Assembly (NCBI GenBank): GCA_022813965.1
Contig: JALDZS010000011.1
Coordinates: forward strand, 186,001 to 244,100
Origin: Toensbergia leucococca
Taxonomy: Eukaryota
Length of the DNA: 58,100 nucleotides
Direction: 5' to 3'
Shown here: piece after piece, positions 13,636-26,494 of the stretch
Numbering within the stretch: position 1 is the first letter of the stretch
Layout of the letters: each line of letters opens with the position of its first letter
The notes under the pieces: generated by a model
Seen by the model: the letters and a program-made list of their open reading frames with translations, nothing else
The model's database searches: none
What the model was told of the DNA's origin: nothing
Position numbers and translations under genes: made by a program

Positions 13636-16600
13636 ATGCCCTTTAAACTCCTCCACCTTTGTGATCTCTTCTCACTTCTTGAATCACATTCCACTCGTGA
13701 TCCACCCTTTCTCCCTAATGTACGTCGGTCAAAGGACTGGAATAGCATCAAGGACTGGTTCCATGCTCATAGAACTCGAATCGATGCTTCGGAGACCGAT
13801 CTTGTTGCTTTACTCAATGCCTTCTTTCCTAATCGGTGCCCTGATCGTGTGTACGGGTTACAACCGCAGTCACTCACTAAAGTGCTTGGGAGATGCCTGG
13901 GGCTAGGATCGGAGAGGAAGCAGTATCTGTACCGATGGCAGACGAAAGGTGGAGGTGATCTCGGCCAATGCGTTGAGCGTGTGCAAGAAGAGGCACCAAT
14001 GCCCCATCCACTTCCAGGAAACGAGGTTACTACAGAGGAGGTGGATGCTGCCCTCTCGGAAGTAGCAAAGAGAAGTCGCTTTTCTGGGCCTAGCCTTCGA
14101 GGAAAGAACCAAGGATACCATGCCGTAGACCTAAACAGAATTCTAGGAGATATATACAAGAGGCTGCAGCCTAGAGAGGCCAAATGGTTTACGAGAATGA
14201 TATTAAAGGATTATGGTCCTGTTTTGTTGCCCGAGCAAGAGCAACAAGTGCTTAGATGCTGCAACATCGATCTACCAGAAGTTTTCAAAGTCCATAGCAA
14301 CTTTGCTGCGGCTATAGCTGAACTGAAATGCCAGATAACGGGAGATTCGACCGGGATACCTCAACATGATCAGACAGGACGACCAGCCACCAACGTCGCA
14401 GATATGATGAAACCAAGGGTGGGAACCAAGATTGACAGGACCGAATATAGGAAAGCAAGAAGCATTAAACATGCGGTACAAATGGCCCGGCAACGAAGAA
14501 TGTGCCTTGAGAGAAAGTATGACGGTAAGAATCTTCGGATGACAACCCTATTTCTTGCCCAGATTGACGAAGACTGGATGGTCCTAGAATTGATACTGGC
14601 TATTCGTTCTCGCTGCAAATGACAGACGTTTCGTTTCTAATCATATGGATTTCACATCTTGTCGGATTTGCTGCAAAACCCTTTCCAGTACAAACCGAAA
14701 CCTGTATGCTTACAAATGATGCGAAATTTCATTAGCATCGAGAACGAATAGTGATATTAAATCAAACACTTTCGAGTCGACGCTAAAGCACACGTACTAA
14801 CATTGAATAGGTGAATACTGCCAGATCCATATAGATGTGACGAAGGGTAAGGATTGGATACAAATCTTTTCGAAGAAGGGGAAAGACTCTACTTTGGATA
14901 GGATAGGTATACAGTGTGCCATCAAAAAGAGTCTTCGAATCGAGTGCGTTAATCGTGGTTTTGCCGAGAGATGCATTTTGGAAGGCGAGCTGGTAGTGTG
15001 GAGCGACCGAGAACAGAAGATATTGGATTTTGACAAGCTGCGAAAACATGTCTCTCGCTCTGGATCTTTCTTGGGGACTGCAAGAGACTCACAGTATGTT
15101 CGTGACCCATGATTCGCGAACATGACTGATATGAGCTAGGCAGCATGCTTTTGAGCATTTGATGATACTATTCTACGACATTTTGCTTATCGATGACGAA
15201 TCTATGCTTACGAAACCTTATGACTGCAGGAGAGAAGTTTTAGAGCAGGTCGTGACCATCGTTCCTGGAAAGGCAGATTTCCCCTCTCGGAAAGAGATTT
15301 TGTTCTCGTTTGCTGAGGGCCCGAAGGAGCTGAGGACGGCGCTCGTGGATGCTTTCACTAAGAGATGGGAAGGGTATGTGATGAAAGCCTGCGAATCAGG
15401 CTACCCTGGCACTAGGAACCATTTGACAGGTCGTTATCATAGTCACTGGATCAAGTTAAAGAAAGACTATATCCCTGGTCTCGGTGACACTGCCGACTTT
15501 GCGGTAATTGGCGCCGGTTACGATGCTGCTGAAGCTACCAAGTTAGGTATTCCCAATATGACCTGGACTCATTTCCATGTTGGTTGTCTTCAGAATAAGG
15601 AAGAAGTGGTCGATCATGACGCAAAGCCTAGATCTATCGTCTTGGATGCGTTCAACCAGAGCATAAGTAGGAACGATATGAAGGTTCTGAACCAGCTTGG
15701 AAAATTCCGGGTGTTGCAATCCGAAGCGTCGGAGGTGTTTGATTTACAAATTGAGCCCAACCTCCCATGCAAGATGAACGTGGTCTTCTCGGAACCCTTT
15801 GTTTTCGAGGTAACTGGTAGTGGATTTGTAAAGGCTCCGAATCGAGATTACTTCTGGCTTCGTTTTCCAAGGGTGCCGAAAACACACTGGGATAGAAATT
15901 TCAAGGACTGTGTAAGTTTCGATGAGTTACAGCACATGGCTGTCGAAGCAAGAACAGTACCTGAAGAAGATACGCCGTGCCAGCATTTCCAATGGATCGC
16001 AAAGCTGGAAAAGGCTGACAGGGGTAAAAAGGGGGTCTTAGCACCTTGGGAGGACTCCCAAGGTGGAAACGAAACCACATCTCCTATTTCAGAGAGAAAG
16101 GTTTCCTCAAGACGGCCCTGCTCAAACAAAGCCGTTCCTTTTGTGCGCATGGACACCCAGGAGATGACTCCCAAAGAGAGCCGCCTGGAGACTGGCGAAG
16201 TAGTTGTCAAACCTATATCGAGGGATTCTATGATCAGCAGTGCGAGTGCGAGCTCGCTGCAAACACCACCCACTTCATCCCCAGAGGAGTCTGGTGTTCA
16301 TCTAGAGCATGTTAAAGAACAAAACTCCTCCTTGGACAGAAATCCTCGAAAACGGATAGCTGATGCTCAGAGAACATTGGATGACTCTAGAGCTTTCAAA
16401 AAGTCAAGGCTCTCATTGTCTGATCCAGTACTTAAACCGCTCAACAAGCTACCACATCCGACTGAATGCTTACATCTCAGAGCAAGCAAAAAGCCCCTCA
16501 ACGACATCACCAACTCTTCGAAGCAGTCAAAGTTCATTTCAGTAAAGCCGAAACCGCCCCATTTCCCCTCCACTTTCTCTCTTGTTCGAAAAATACCTGT

Positions 16601-17180
16601 CGACACCGAAAAACGCGCCTATATAACGCGAAAGCCAACCAACCTTCCCTCCTCTTCCCAACGAGAAACCACGCCACCCTCTCCTAATACCTCACTTTCC
16701 TCATCACCCGACATGTCCTGGAGCCCCTCATCACCTGCATCAACACTTTCTGCCATTCCAACTACACTCTCTCCAACATCCTCCTTACCACTTCCACCCT
16801 TCTATCCCCCATATCCCTCTCTCTCCAAATCTCACACTATCCTTAGCGAATGCATCTCTTATATGCCTTACCTTGCCATCGACCTCCTCCCATCCCACTC
16901 AGCCCCATTTACCCCATTTTACCAAACCGACCCTCTAAAGTATTCAGACTTCAACCTACTCCCTGCCTTGACGCCCCTCATCCTCTTGGTCGAACAAAAT
17001 CGCGCCGGCGAAACCGCCGCCATGATCGGCCTGTTGGTCGCCGTCTGTGCCCACAACTCAGACAGAAAAGTCCAAGTGTGGGACTGGCGATTGCTGGAGC
17101 AGATCGGGGAGAGAGCCTACGAGGAGGTTGTCGGTGCTTTATGGGGCTGGTCGCGACGGAGGGGAAAGAAGTGGTGGTGA
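13636..17180 (+). CDS. Fungal ATP-dependent DNA ligase-family protein (Lig4-related core, no recognisable BRCT pair); introns 14525-14810 and about 15094-15139; possible frameshift near 17120
   Basis: Motif I ERKYDG|EYCQIH after splicing, ILEGELVVW, ILFYDILL, WEGYVMK, WIKLKKDYIPGLGDTADF, LRFPRV; Ser/Pro-rich tail. Confidence 0.9.
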
Positions 17181-18784
17181 AGTATCGCACTGGGGAGGTG
17201 GTGGGGATGGATCGGGAGGAGCAGAAGGCCCGCTGTGGATTTCTGTTTGAGCGGCTAGAAGGGAGAGGGGAGTGGGTGGGTCCAAAGAGGTGAGAGATTG
17301 AAGAAACCCCGTCATAGGTTCCTCTACTGCCATTTTTTACTCAATCAGAAGCATGAATATCACGTTTTTCCCCATCCAATCTCCCACACCAACCACACCC
17401 AACACAGATTTTCCACATCATGCTCCTTTATCTCCTTCACGCAGCAGAAAACTTCCCCAAACACTATCAATCCCTACCTCTAACGCCTCCCTCCCACTTA
17501 TAACAAAAGTTTTTAGATGAACCGTAGAAGTCACCCACTCCAATAAACACAAATGATTCCTCATAAAAAGATCGTCACAATCCCCACCCCACCCCCTTTT
17601 TCTCGAATGCTAAAAACCCAACCAACACCCTCCTCTTTTAAGAAACCCCCATGTCCCCATGTTCACTGCAGGTAATCCGAGGACCCCACAGAGATAGATA
17701 CACGCAGGGAATCGGTAGCGAGCGTAACCCCGTTTTTCTTCTTTTCCTTTCTTTTTTTCTTTTTTTTTCTTTTGCGGTGGCCGCCCCCCCCCCCCCCCAA
17801 GAAAAGAACGAAAAAAGAACAAAAAAATATCAAAAGCAAAAGCAAAACGTATCTCGCGGATTTCTATCATCTAAAAACCCCCTTACCAGGACAGGACCGA
17901 CCGACTGAGGGAGCAGTTTATTATTTCTTTCTTTCTCTCTTTCGAGACAATGCAGTCTTCCAATCAACTCCTGCTTACGCGTGTGGCATTTGGGAGCCGA
18001 TCCTTGATACGCCGCCAATGGAAGCAAAGACCTTTTTACCCCTTGTGGGAGAGAAACAGTGTTGTTTGCAACCCACGACCGGCCATTGAACTATTTGTTT
18101 GCCCAGCTGCGCGCGAGGACCCAATCCCCCACTTTGCACAAAGCTTGCATCATCAACTTCATCCATGACTTGAGGCACTTTTTGGCGCTCGTTCTTAAAG
18201 GGTACAGGCATCAGAGCTGCTATGAGGCCGGTAGGGTTACCCTGCATGAATACCTTATTGATTGAAATTGTGTCATTAATGCGGGTGGGGGGAGGTGGAA
18301 TCAGTCTTTTCGAATCCTATGAAGTTTTGTCTTCCCCAATTTCTGCTAAAACTTGACCGAGTGTTCTGGCATAAATGCAACGTTCAAAAAATCCGCCAGA
18401 ACCAGATGTTTTTTTTGCCTTTGTATCAATTTACAAAATCCCATTACTATACATACGATGGTTATCTTCTTCCGTGCGTCTACGGGTCGCTCGAATGGAT
18501 GATCACCACAAGTTGCTGTCCCACGCTAGAGCTGGGCCCTAACCCTAGCGCGATGAGGGTACCGCGGAGAGACAAGTGCTATTGGGCCCGGCAGGAGCTG
18601 GAGCGTAGGCCACCTTCCAGGTGCTTTTTAAGGGTGAGCTGTTTTGAGCGCTTTAAGATAGTGTCCTATCTATTATCTATTATCTATACGTATTATATAG
18701 AGTGGAGTTAGGAAGGCTGTCCACTATGCGCTGCCCTGAAACCCAGTCTATTGATCAACTTGGCGACGCCGAAGCCCCTTTGGC

Positions 18785-20536
18785 TCAGACATGCCTCTCA
18801 AGAGCCTGAGGTCCCAAGTATTCCTTTCGACGCCAATACCAGAAGATTGCTATGAATAGCGAGAGACTGCCTGTCATTAAACTTGCATAATTCATAGTCC
18901 CAGCCGTGGCTGGCAGAGCGAATGGAAAGCAAAATATAACCACAAAAGCCATGAGATAAACACAAGAAAACCCATTCACAGCATATCCGATGCCACCTTT
19001 CATCCAAAACCAACCAGGTGGTATTCTAGATCTTTTGCTAAGCAAATGCGGCAGAATTGCCATTAGATAGGAAAGTGAAGATAGCAAAACGAAGGAGCCA
19101 ACAAAGGCGCTGAATGCTGTGGAAGAGCCGAGATAGATGAAGCCCAATACCGTGCAGATACCTGCACAGAGGACAATTGAGTTGAAAGGGTTGCGATGCT
19201 TGTGACTGATTCGACCAAAGACGTTACTGAACGGCAGTGCGTTATCACGAGCTAATGTCCACAATCCACGGCTGACGATGATGTAGATGCCAATGACCTG
19301 GAGGACCGTTGGCAAGAAGGCGAGGATTAGTAGACCGAGCGATCCAGCAGCTGAGCTGGGGATCTGACGATAGATCTCCGTGAGCGGAAAGAGGTAAGAG
19401 TTTTCCACAACGGCTGTAAGGTTGATGATACCGTAGAACATGCCGATCAGGTAGAAGATGCCTGTCAGGAATCCGGCTATGAACTGTGCCAGGATGGCTT
19501 TGGGTAGATTGATGCTAGGGCTAGGGGGTAAATTAGCGAATTTACTGCAATGAACACGAGACTTGCAATTACTGACCTCGGAACCTCTTCTGCAAGATGC
19601 GATATCACATCTGGGGAGCCACAAGCAAAAGCTCCATTTAGCATACCAAGCAAAAACACAAAAACATTGCTCTCATAACCCGTAGCGTTCTGCCACTCAG
19701 TCCAAACAGATGTACTCGTAGCATGCTTTGGCACAACAGCGCATACTATGACAGTCACGATGAGACCAACAACAGTCAAGGAACCTGCCAGCGACTCCAT
19801 CATCGGAAGTGCCTTGTTAGCAAATAGCACAGGAAAGCAGCAAAGCCATGTGCAGATGACATAGGCAATGAATATTTGCCATCGCTGCGGCACCATACCG
19901 GGATGGAACAAAGCGTACATCGACACTAGCTGCGCTGCGACAATCTGTAATATTGCAGCAAGGCCGAAGATCCAAGCCATGACGTTCCACCACCCGGCGA
20001 ACCAGCCACAAACTCGGCCGTGTGGTCCCGCTGTGATGGACGCCCAGTGATATACTATGCAATGCATCAGCTTTGAAGCCTCGAAAAAGCCGAGGATAAT
20101 TTTTCTGAAGACAAACCTCCACCAGCTGAGGGTACGGCCGAAGCGAGCTCAGCGATTGAGGCGGCAATGAGCCAGTAGCAGATTTCGACCGCGATGCTAG
20201 TCATGATGAATTTGCAGCGTTGGGCAAGATGATAAGATTTACGAACAACTCGTAGATGACTCCTGGAGGGCCACCATTGGAAATTGCTACCGTCTGGATA
20301 TGATTTAGATATGACTTAAGACTTGACGAGGGGCCGGCGAGATATACTATGCTACCGCCGATTGCTATTCATGTGCCTCCACTGGAGATGGCGAAGCCAC
20401 AGATACTCATGAGGCTAAAGTTGCGATCGAGCTCTTGACGATGGCCTGACGCATTGGTGGGAGCTGTAACAGCCTGGTCTTCCGATATCGCTTGGAAGGT
20501 ATCTACCGCCAGATCTGTTTCCTTCGCTTCTTCCAT
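18785..20536 (-). pseudogene. APC-family amino acid/choline/GABA permease (Hnm1-like) with one in-frame TGA at 20369-20371
   Basis: QELDRNFSLMSICG, NGGPPGVIYE, SIAELASAVPSAGGVYHWAS, HLAEEVP, SRGLWTLARDNALPFS, TMNYAS; otherwise open spliced frame; stop at codon 56 in SGGT*IAIGGSI. Confidence 0.85.
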
Positions 20537-20923
20537 TGTAAACCTAGCTGGAAAAAGAAATGGAGTACAAAGGATGGCACATCAACTGAATTATCAAAGA
20601 AATCCCAATTCTTGTTTGTTTGTTTTTTCTTTCTTTTTTTGAAAAGAAAAATGGAAATAGGAAATTCGATTGTTGGGGCATACCTCTGACATCGATTATG
20701 CATATTGATCACGTCGCTCTGCAGAAATGAACCCTAGCAAGTCGATCATTGCTACCTTACGGTTGACCAATAGATCTGGAGATCAGATCCAATCTCATGC
20801 TCTATCTCGCAAAATGCTCCATGGTGAGGTTCAATGGCTACTAATCATGCCTTTGATGTTGTCAGAAGATTTATGTCAACTTGTGATGGCTCAACAATAT
20901 CATCCTTATTGCAATTTATCATC

Positions 20924-21677
20924 TTATTGCTCTGCAAGCCGGGCGCCACGAATTTCCGAACGCTTGGCTTGTGCCTCAAATCCTGGAAACGCGTTGTACG
21001 TCTCACATTTCCTAAACGCTGTATGCTCCTCTACACTCTCCCATCCTGTGATTACGCAAAACCCTTTGGCTCTTCCGCCGTGTATCTCTTTGCTCTCCAA
21101 GTCTTCCAGCACCCAGCCTCCAGCCACGCATGATGGTGGTTGAGCAATCCCAAGAGCTTCGTGACAGAAGCCGGAGAAAGCCTCTTCGAAAGCAGACGAG
21201 TCGGAAGGGGATATGTCCGGGGCGAAATGGAAAGTCCGGAGCTCCGTAATTGCGGGCACGACAGGCTGAAAGGTTTGGAATAAAGTCGTTGGGCTAAATC
21301 CCTTAGGAGAGCGTAGGTATGCGTGATAGAAAATGCCGTCACCGTTCTGGAGGGTCTCCAGGTCTGCCATCATAGGCGCATAGCTTGGATGATTGATAAA
21401 ATTGTGGTGTGACTCCAGTGACTCCCAGTCTACAGTGAGGAGTCAATCTTATGTATTCGTGCTTTTGTATATAGGGGTGATCTTCAATACCGAGTAAATG
21501 CACGATTGTGCTTTCGTCCTCGACTTGACGACCAATAAAGGCGTGCATGTAGCCTGGCACGTCGTCACAGGAGTTGACAATGGACTTCCATTTCTTGCCG
21601 TCTTCAGAGGACGTATTGTCAATATCCGCATCCTTGCGTATAGGAACAAAAGCGATTTCTGTGACTGCGGTGGACAT
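20924..21677 (-). CDS. Two-domain dimeric alpha/beta-barrel (ABM-like) protein, copy 1; one intron
   Basis: AVTEIAF...PGYMHAFIGRQVED...W; second repeat AITEL...GGWVLE...ITGWESVEEH. Confidence 0.75.
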
Positions 21678-23110
21678 CTTCTCGAGAGTCGTTGAAAGGA
21701 AGGCAACTGTATTCACTACCGTGATGAAGTTCAAACAGGGTGCATTGATATTTAACGATGGCCGTGATGATCTGGACTGCTACGGGCCAGTATCAGATTT
21801 AGAAGGGCTGGCCGACGCGTTGTGACATTTGATGGAAGAAGTCAATGCACCATCGTCGAGGAAGGCGAATATCTCCACGATTCCTGCCAGTCTTAGATTC
21901 TTGCATTTCTGGACAGATAATGAGTGGGCCGCATCATTGGACACAGCGGTTTCTCAATGTGTATGTGCGATCATGCACATTTTACAGTATGGAACATCTC
22001 TAGCCGCATCGCTGTGTACTCTGATTGATTGGTACGTTTCAAGTAGAGCTGAGTCTCTGAACGGATTTGCTCGGAATACCTTACTCAATCCTTGTATAGC
22101 CCAAACAGGCTCGACAGTCACACTGCAGAAGTAAAACATACCACATACCATATGAGTTAAGCTGTTTGTTTGGTAATTTCTGGTAACACTGTCCTTAGAT
22201 TCATGAAAGTAGCAAGGATCCACTGTGCTGCAGTCTTATCCTGTCCTATCATGTCAATGGCTGGCTGAGAGGGGAGAAAGTGTTGTACGCGGAGTATCTT
22301 GACGTGTACTCTACCTTTCAAGCTCATTCAGATCTCCTTACTAGCCGCAAAGGCTTAAGGACCGGAAATATCGGGCCGAACGGGCCTAAGATACCTAGAA
22401 CCGACTTCTGCTACTGGACACTTTGAGTGCTGCAAAACAATCCCTCCCCAGGCACATCGGGTTACTACTCATACGGTGATATTCACCGTGTAACTCCGTG
22501 CTCTCAACAGACTAAAGATCTATGCACCAAGTACGCTTTACGGTCATCCTCGGACTCCAATACTACCTGGATCACCTTAAGCGGCTGCCTGCTTATCATG
22601 CCTTACAGCCAACGCACGCAAACGCCTCCGTCGCTATTAGAAGCTCATTGCTCATAGCATCTGTGCCTATTGGGTAGCGCGTTGTCCTGCCCTTCACCAC
22701 ACAAACCAGCTTCCCCACGCTGACCATGACACTGATGGCTCCAATCACTCCTACCTTGCGTAGCGTTGAATCGTTCTTGCCTTAAAGTTGAGGAAATGGG
22801 AGCAAGAAGCGAGTGTGATGAATATGGTGAAATTGTATTACACAGGGCGGAAGGTCTGTTTGGACGGGCAAACCCGCGAAAATTGCATTCAACATGAGCT
22901 GCTTGGCGGATTCTGGGGAGCTCACTTCCTTTATCAAAAATTTTGGCACTACAATCGTGTGTACTTTCAGGTTGGCGAAGAGTCTAGAGTCCCTTTTACT
23001 TTGCGCATGATACTGAAGTTGATTCCACATGAAGCTTCCGCATTCCCGTTTTGATGAGCAATTGCACCATCAACGATCAGGTCTTATTCTCTTTTCCCCA
23101 ACTCAACATA

Positions 23111-24161
23111 TTAAAGCACCCCTTGACCTCCATCGACAGTGAAGTTCGAACCTGTTGTGAAAGACGAAGCATTGGAGCACAAGTATAGATATATGCCTTT
23201 AAGTTCGTGAGGTACGCCTTCGCGGCCCATAGGACAGCTCTCTCTGTAAATGTCTGCATTATGTCAGCATTTTTTCGTGCAAGTGTCTTTACCTCCGGCG
23301 CGCATTGCTTACTTCTTGTCTCTTGTGGCAAAGACTCCATAATTGGAGTAGCAAATGTTCCAGGGGAAACGCTATTGACTTGAGCGAACTGGATCCATTC
23401 TATTGCCAGAGATCTGCCTATGAGAATGATCAGTGATTGCAATTTGCATGAGGGATGTGATGTCAAATACAAAGTTGGAGAACACCTGCTTTCGCAACAG
23501 CATATGATGCCACCAAGTCCGGTAATTCCGTAAATTGGCCGGCAGCTATACTGGCTGTAGCAACAAATTTCCCATACTGGTATCCATCGACTTTGTTACC
23601 CTGTATATCGACACACTGTTCTTTCTGACGCCTGAAGTGTCTCCCGGCAGCTCTAGCGCAATAGACGGTGCTGTTAAGGTTGGCAGCGATGCATTTCTGA
23701 TAGCTTGCGATGTCGATATCGATCAAATCACCTCCTTCAGGGAAAATACCAGCATTGGCAACGAACACATCAAGTCTGCCATTGAACTCTTTTACGACAG
23801 CGTTTACGGCTATCTCCACCTGGTCCTCCTGAGTCACGTCGACTTGGTAAGCCTTACCTGAATCATACTGTCAGAGCTTCAGTACTGGAATCGCTCAGGA
23901 CTAAAACTGACATTGCACGCCATATTCCTTCTCAATGTCCTTTGCACGATCCACAGCTTTCACGTTGCTGTTATACCAAATTGCGACATTAGCACCTGCC
24001 TCAGCGAGAGCCTCGGCAATACTGAGGCCAATTCCGGCGCCAGCGCCTGTAATGATTGCAGTTTTGCTTTTGCAAGACAACAAGGACAGGACGCTCTTGT
24101 CAGATGGAGGAATTGTGTTATTGTGAGTGAAGGATCTTGCGGTCACTGATACGCCAGTCAT
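23111..24161 (-). CDS. Short-chain dehydrogenase/reductase (sorbose/L-xylulose/NADP-mannitol reductase-like); three introns
   Basis: TGAGAGIG, DVFVANAG, YAVAK (YxxxK), VNSVSPG; after splicing CPMGREG..ELKGIYLYLCSNASSFTTGSNFTVDGG. Confidence 0.9.
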
Positions 24162-24957
24162 TGTGAAGCTGATCGAACAACGTATGCGAAGACTTGGGCA
24201 TGAGAGCGACGACAAGCCCATGGACCCCAAGAATCTGGGTCGAAGGCGGACAAGATCGGACAATCAGTCTCAGACTGATGGACAGACCTCCTGTTCGCAA
24301 CTCATGTTTGGTTTTTGGTTTTTAAAACCACTCATGACGATCCACCAACGCTGTCAATGCTTGTGAGGCACAAAGTATAATGCAGGCAAGAATGGCATGA
24401 ACTTGACTTGCGCGGAAACGAGATAGGCCGAATTCTTGACCGACGAAAATACCTGACTTGGCTACATCACACCTCGACTGGGATCCCAATTGCGCTCGAG
24501 CGACCTCGGCCTAGACTATCGATTTCTTTACATGTCATTCTTAGCTCCCTTGGCTACTGAATACAGGCTCCGTCAGTCAAATGCATTCCAGAGACCCGCG
24601 CAAATAGCGGACCGTGAACTCACGCAACCTAATTTCCTCTTTGATCTTACGAATTAAGCGATATGGCGTGACAAACCCCATGACTTTTTAAGAGGGTCTT
24701 TTTCGTTACTGTATCACATAACCCAATCAAAATACAAGAAATAAAATACTAGAAGCAGCGTACTTTACATCGCAAGTAACGAGCGCGTTTCCATGTCATC
24801 TAGCGCTTGCTTACATGATCACACATGGCTTTCACAAATGATCAAGAGTTCAATCTATTCGCTGGCGCTGTTGTCAAGTCGATGTATCACGAGAGCAAAC
24901 AGGCAATACCCTCGATCCAATTGGATACGAGGAAACTATTCTTTCTCTGACAACAGA

Positions 24958-26143
24958 ATGCAACATCAAACGATTGCCCTAGTAGGCGTGGGCGGTCTGG
25001 GGAAATACATCTGCGAAGAGCTCCTCGCTGACAAGCGCTTTGGCGTTATCGTAATATCTCGAGCGGTATGTCTCTGGAATCTATTGCAGACTTCATCTCA
25101 TGTCCTTGCCACTCAGCGTTCGTCCTCAATCATCCCCTTCAAAAATAGTTCTTGTCCTTGTTCGAATTAATGCTCAAGTACTCGTACATACCAGGACCAT
25201 CCCTGGCCTCAAAGCGCGAAGTGCCCGTTCACCAAAGTGACTACAGCTCCGATTCCGTGCTCTCAATTCTCAACTCCACACACGCCACAACGTTAATATC
25301 TTTCATAAATCTATTCGACGCCCGCTGGATTACCATCCACGAAGCCTTCCTCCTTGCCTGCAAAACTTGTACCACCTGCAAACGCTTCATCCCCTCGGAA
25401 TGGATCGGCGATCCTCAGAGACTCCCCATTTCGCCTAGCTATTAAGCCACAACCCGTGGTCCGTTCCGAAAAATGCTTCAGAATGCTGCTTACTCTGCAG
25501 ATGTAGAGTGGACGCTGTTTAGTGTGGGCTGGTTCGTGGATTATCTGTTGCCGCAAGAGAAGACGTATCTGAGGCATGATCCGCGAGATCGTCCGATTGA
25601 TATTGGTAGAAAGTCTGTGTCGATTAAGGGAACAGGAGATGAGCCAGTGAGTTGGACGTGCTGTAGGGAGATTGGGAGGGCGGTTGTGGAATTACTGAAG
25701 GCGGAGAAGTGGGTAAGTTGACACAGAGGTTTTCTGGTGAGTTATTCGCTGATTTCTGATTCTAGGAGCGCTATACGTATGTGAGCGGTGAGTGGAGCAG
25801 TTTCAATGAAGTCGTCAAGATTTTGGAATCGTTTTACGGTGCGTAATTTCGAGAATCTGTTTCCAACCCTTTTTTCTCTTTGCACTAAGTGCGGTGACAA
25901 GGCCGTCCGCTGGACAAATCCTACAGGTCGGGAGATGAGATCCAGAAAGCCATTGCTAGGGCCACAAGAGATGGAGACAATGATGCGCTGTGGGAGGCCC
26001 AGACTGAAGAGTATGCCATCTCGGGATCTCCTGAATGTCCTCGGGAGGAAACGCTAAGGCAAAGGGAAAAATATTTCAGTAGTGTTAGATTCTCGAATAT
26101 AGAGGAGGTGCTGAAGCGGGCTGAAGATGAAGAATTTCTTTGA
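24958..26143 (+). pseudogene. NmrA/isoflavone-reductase-like NAD(P)-binding protein with in-frame TAA at 25443-25445 (and possible 1-nt frameshift near 25205)
   Basis: IALVGVGGLGKYI, KRFIPSEWIGD, EWTLFSVGWFVDY, GTGDEPVSWT, YTYVSGEW; frame resumes after the stop and ends at TGA 26141-26143. Confidence 0.8.
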
Positions 26144-26494
26144 TGGGAAATTGAGAGGAGTGGGAAATTCGCTTACTGTTTTTTTGTCCTCAAGGGCATG
26201 CCATAAACACATTGCATGAACGATCCATGTCAACAATTCAAACAATCAAGGTCCAACCCATTGAAAGTGATCGGTCTGCAATTTTGGACGCACTACCTTT
26301 AATCATTGAGTAAAGAAAGGGGACATTGATTGGACAGTTTGATCATCTGAACGTCAATCCGTCAACGGTCATAAGCCGCGGGATGAAGCGGCAGCTTTTC
26401 ATAAACCAAATGATGCCAGAGATCATCGAGGGCCAAATTCGACTCCTTTCCACCTCCTTTTCAGTCCCATTTATGACGCAACCAATCCTATCTG

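Noticed and set aside
17560..17950. ORFs in a poly-C/poly-T/poly-A low-complexity tract (similar tracts at 20560-20660 and 54600-54800)
   Set aside because: Homopolymer-driven translations; may be low-quality consensus sequence
22400..23054. Short plus-strand ORFs (also 28150-28800, 31800-32850 and 35400-35940)
   Set aside because: Fragmentary with no recognisable motifs; cannot support a gene call
23230..23320. Apparent frameshift in the SDR C-terminus in the ORF track
   Set aside because: Explained by a GTAAGC...GCTGAC...CAG intron; the spliced frame is intact
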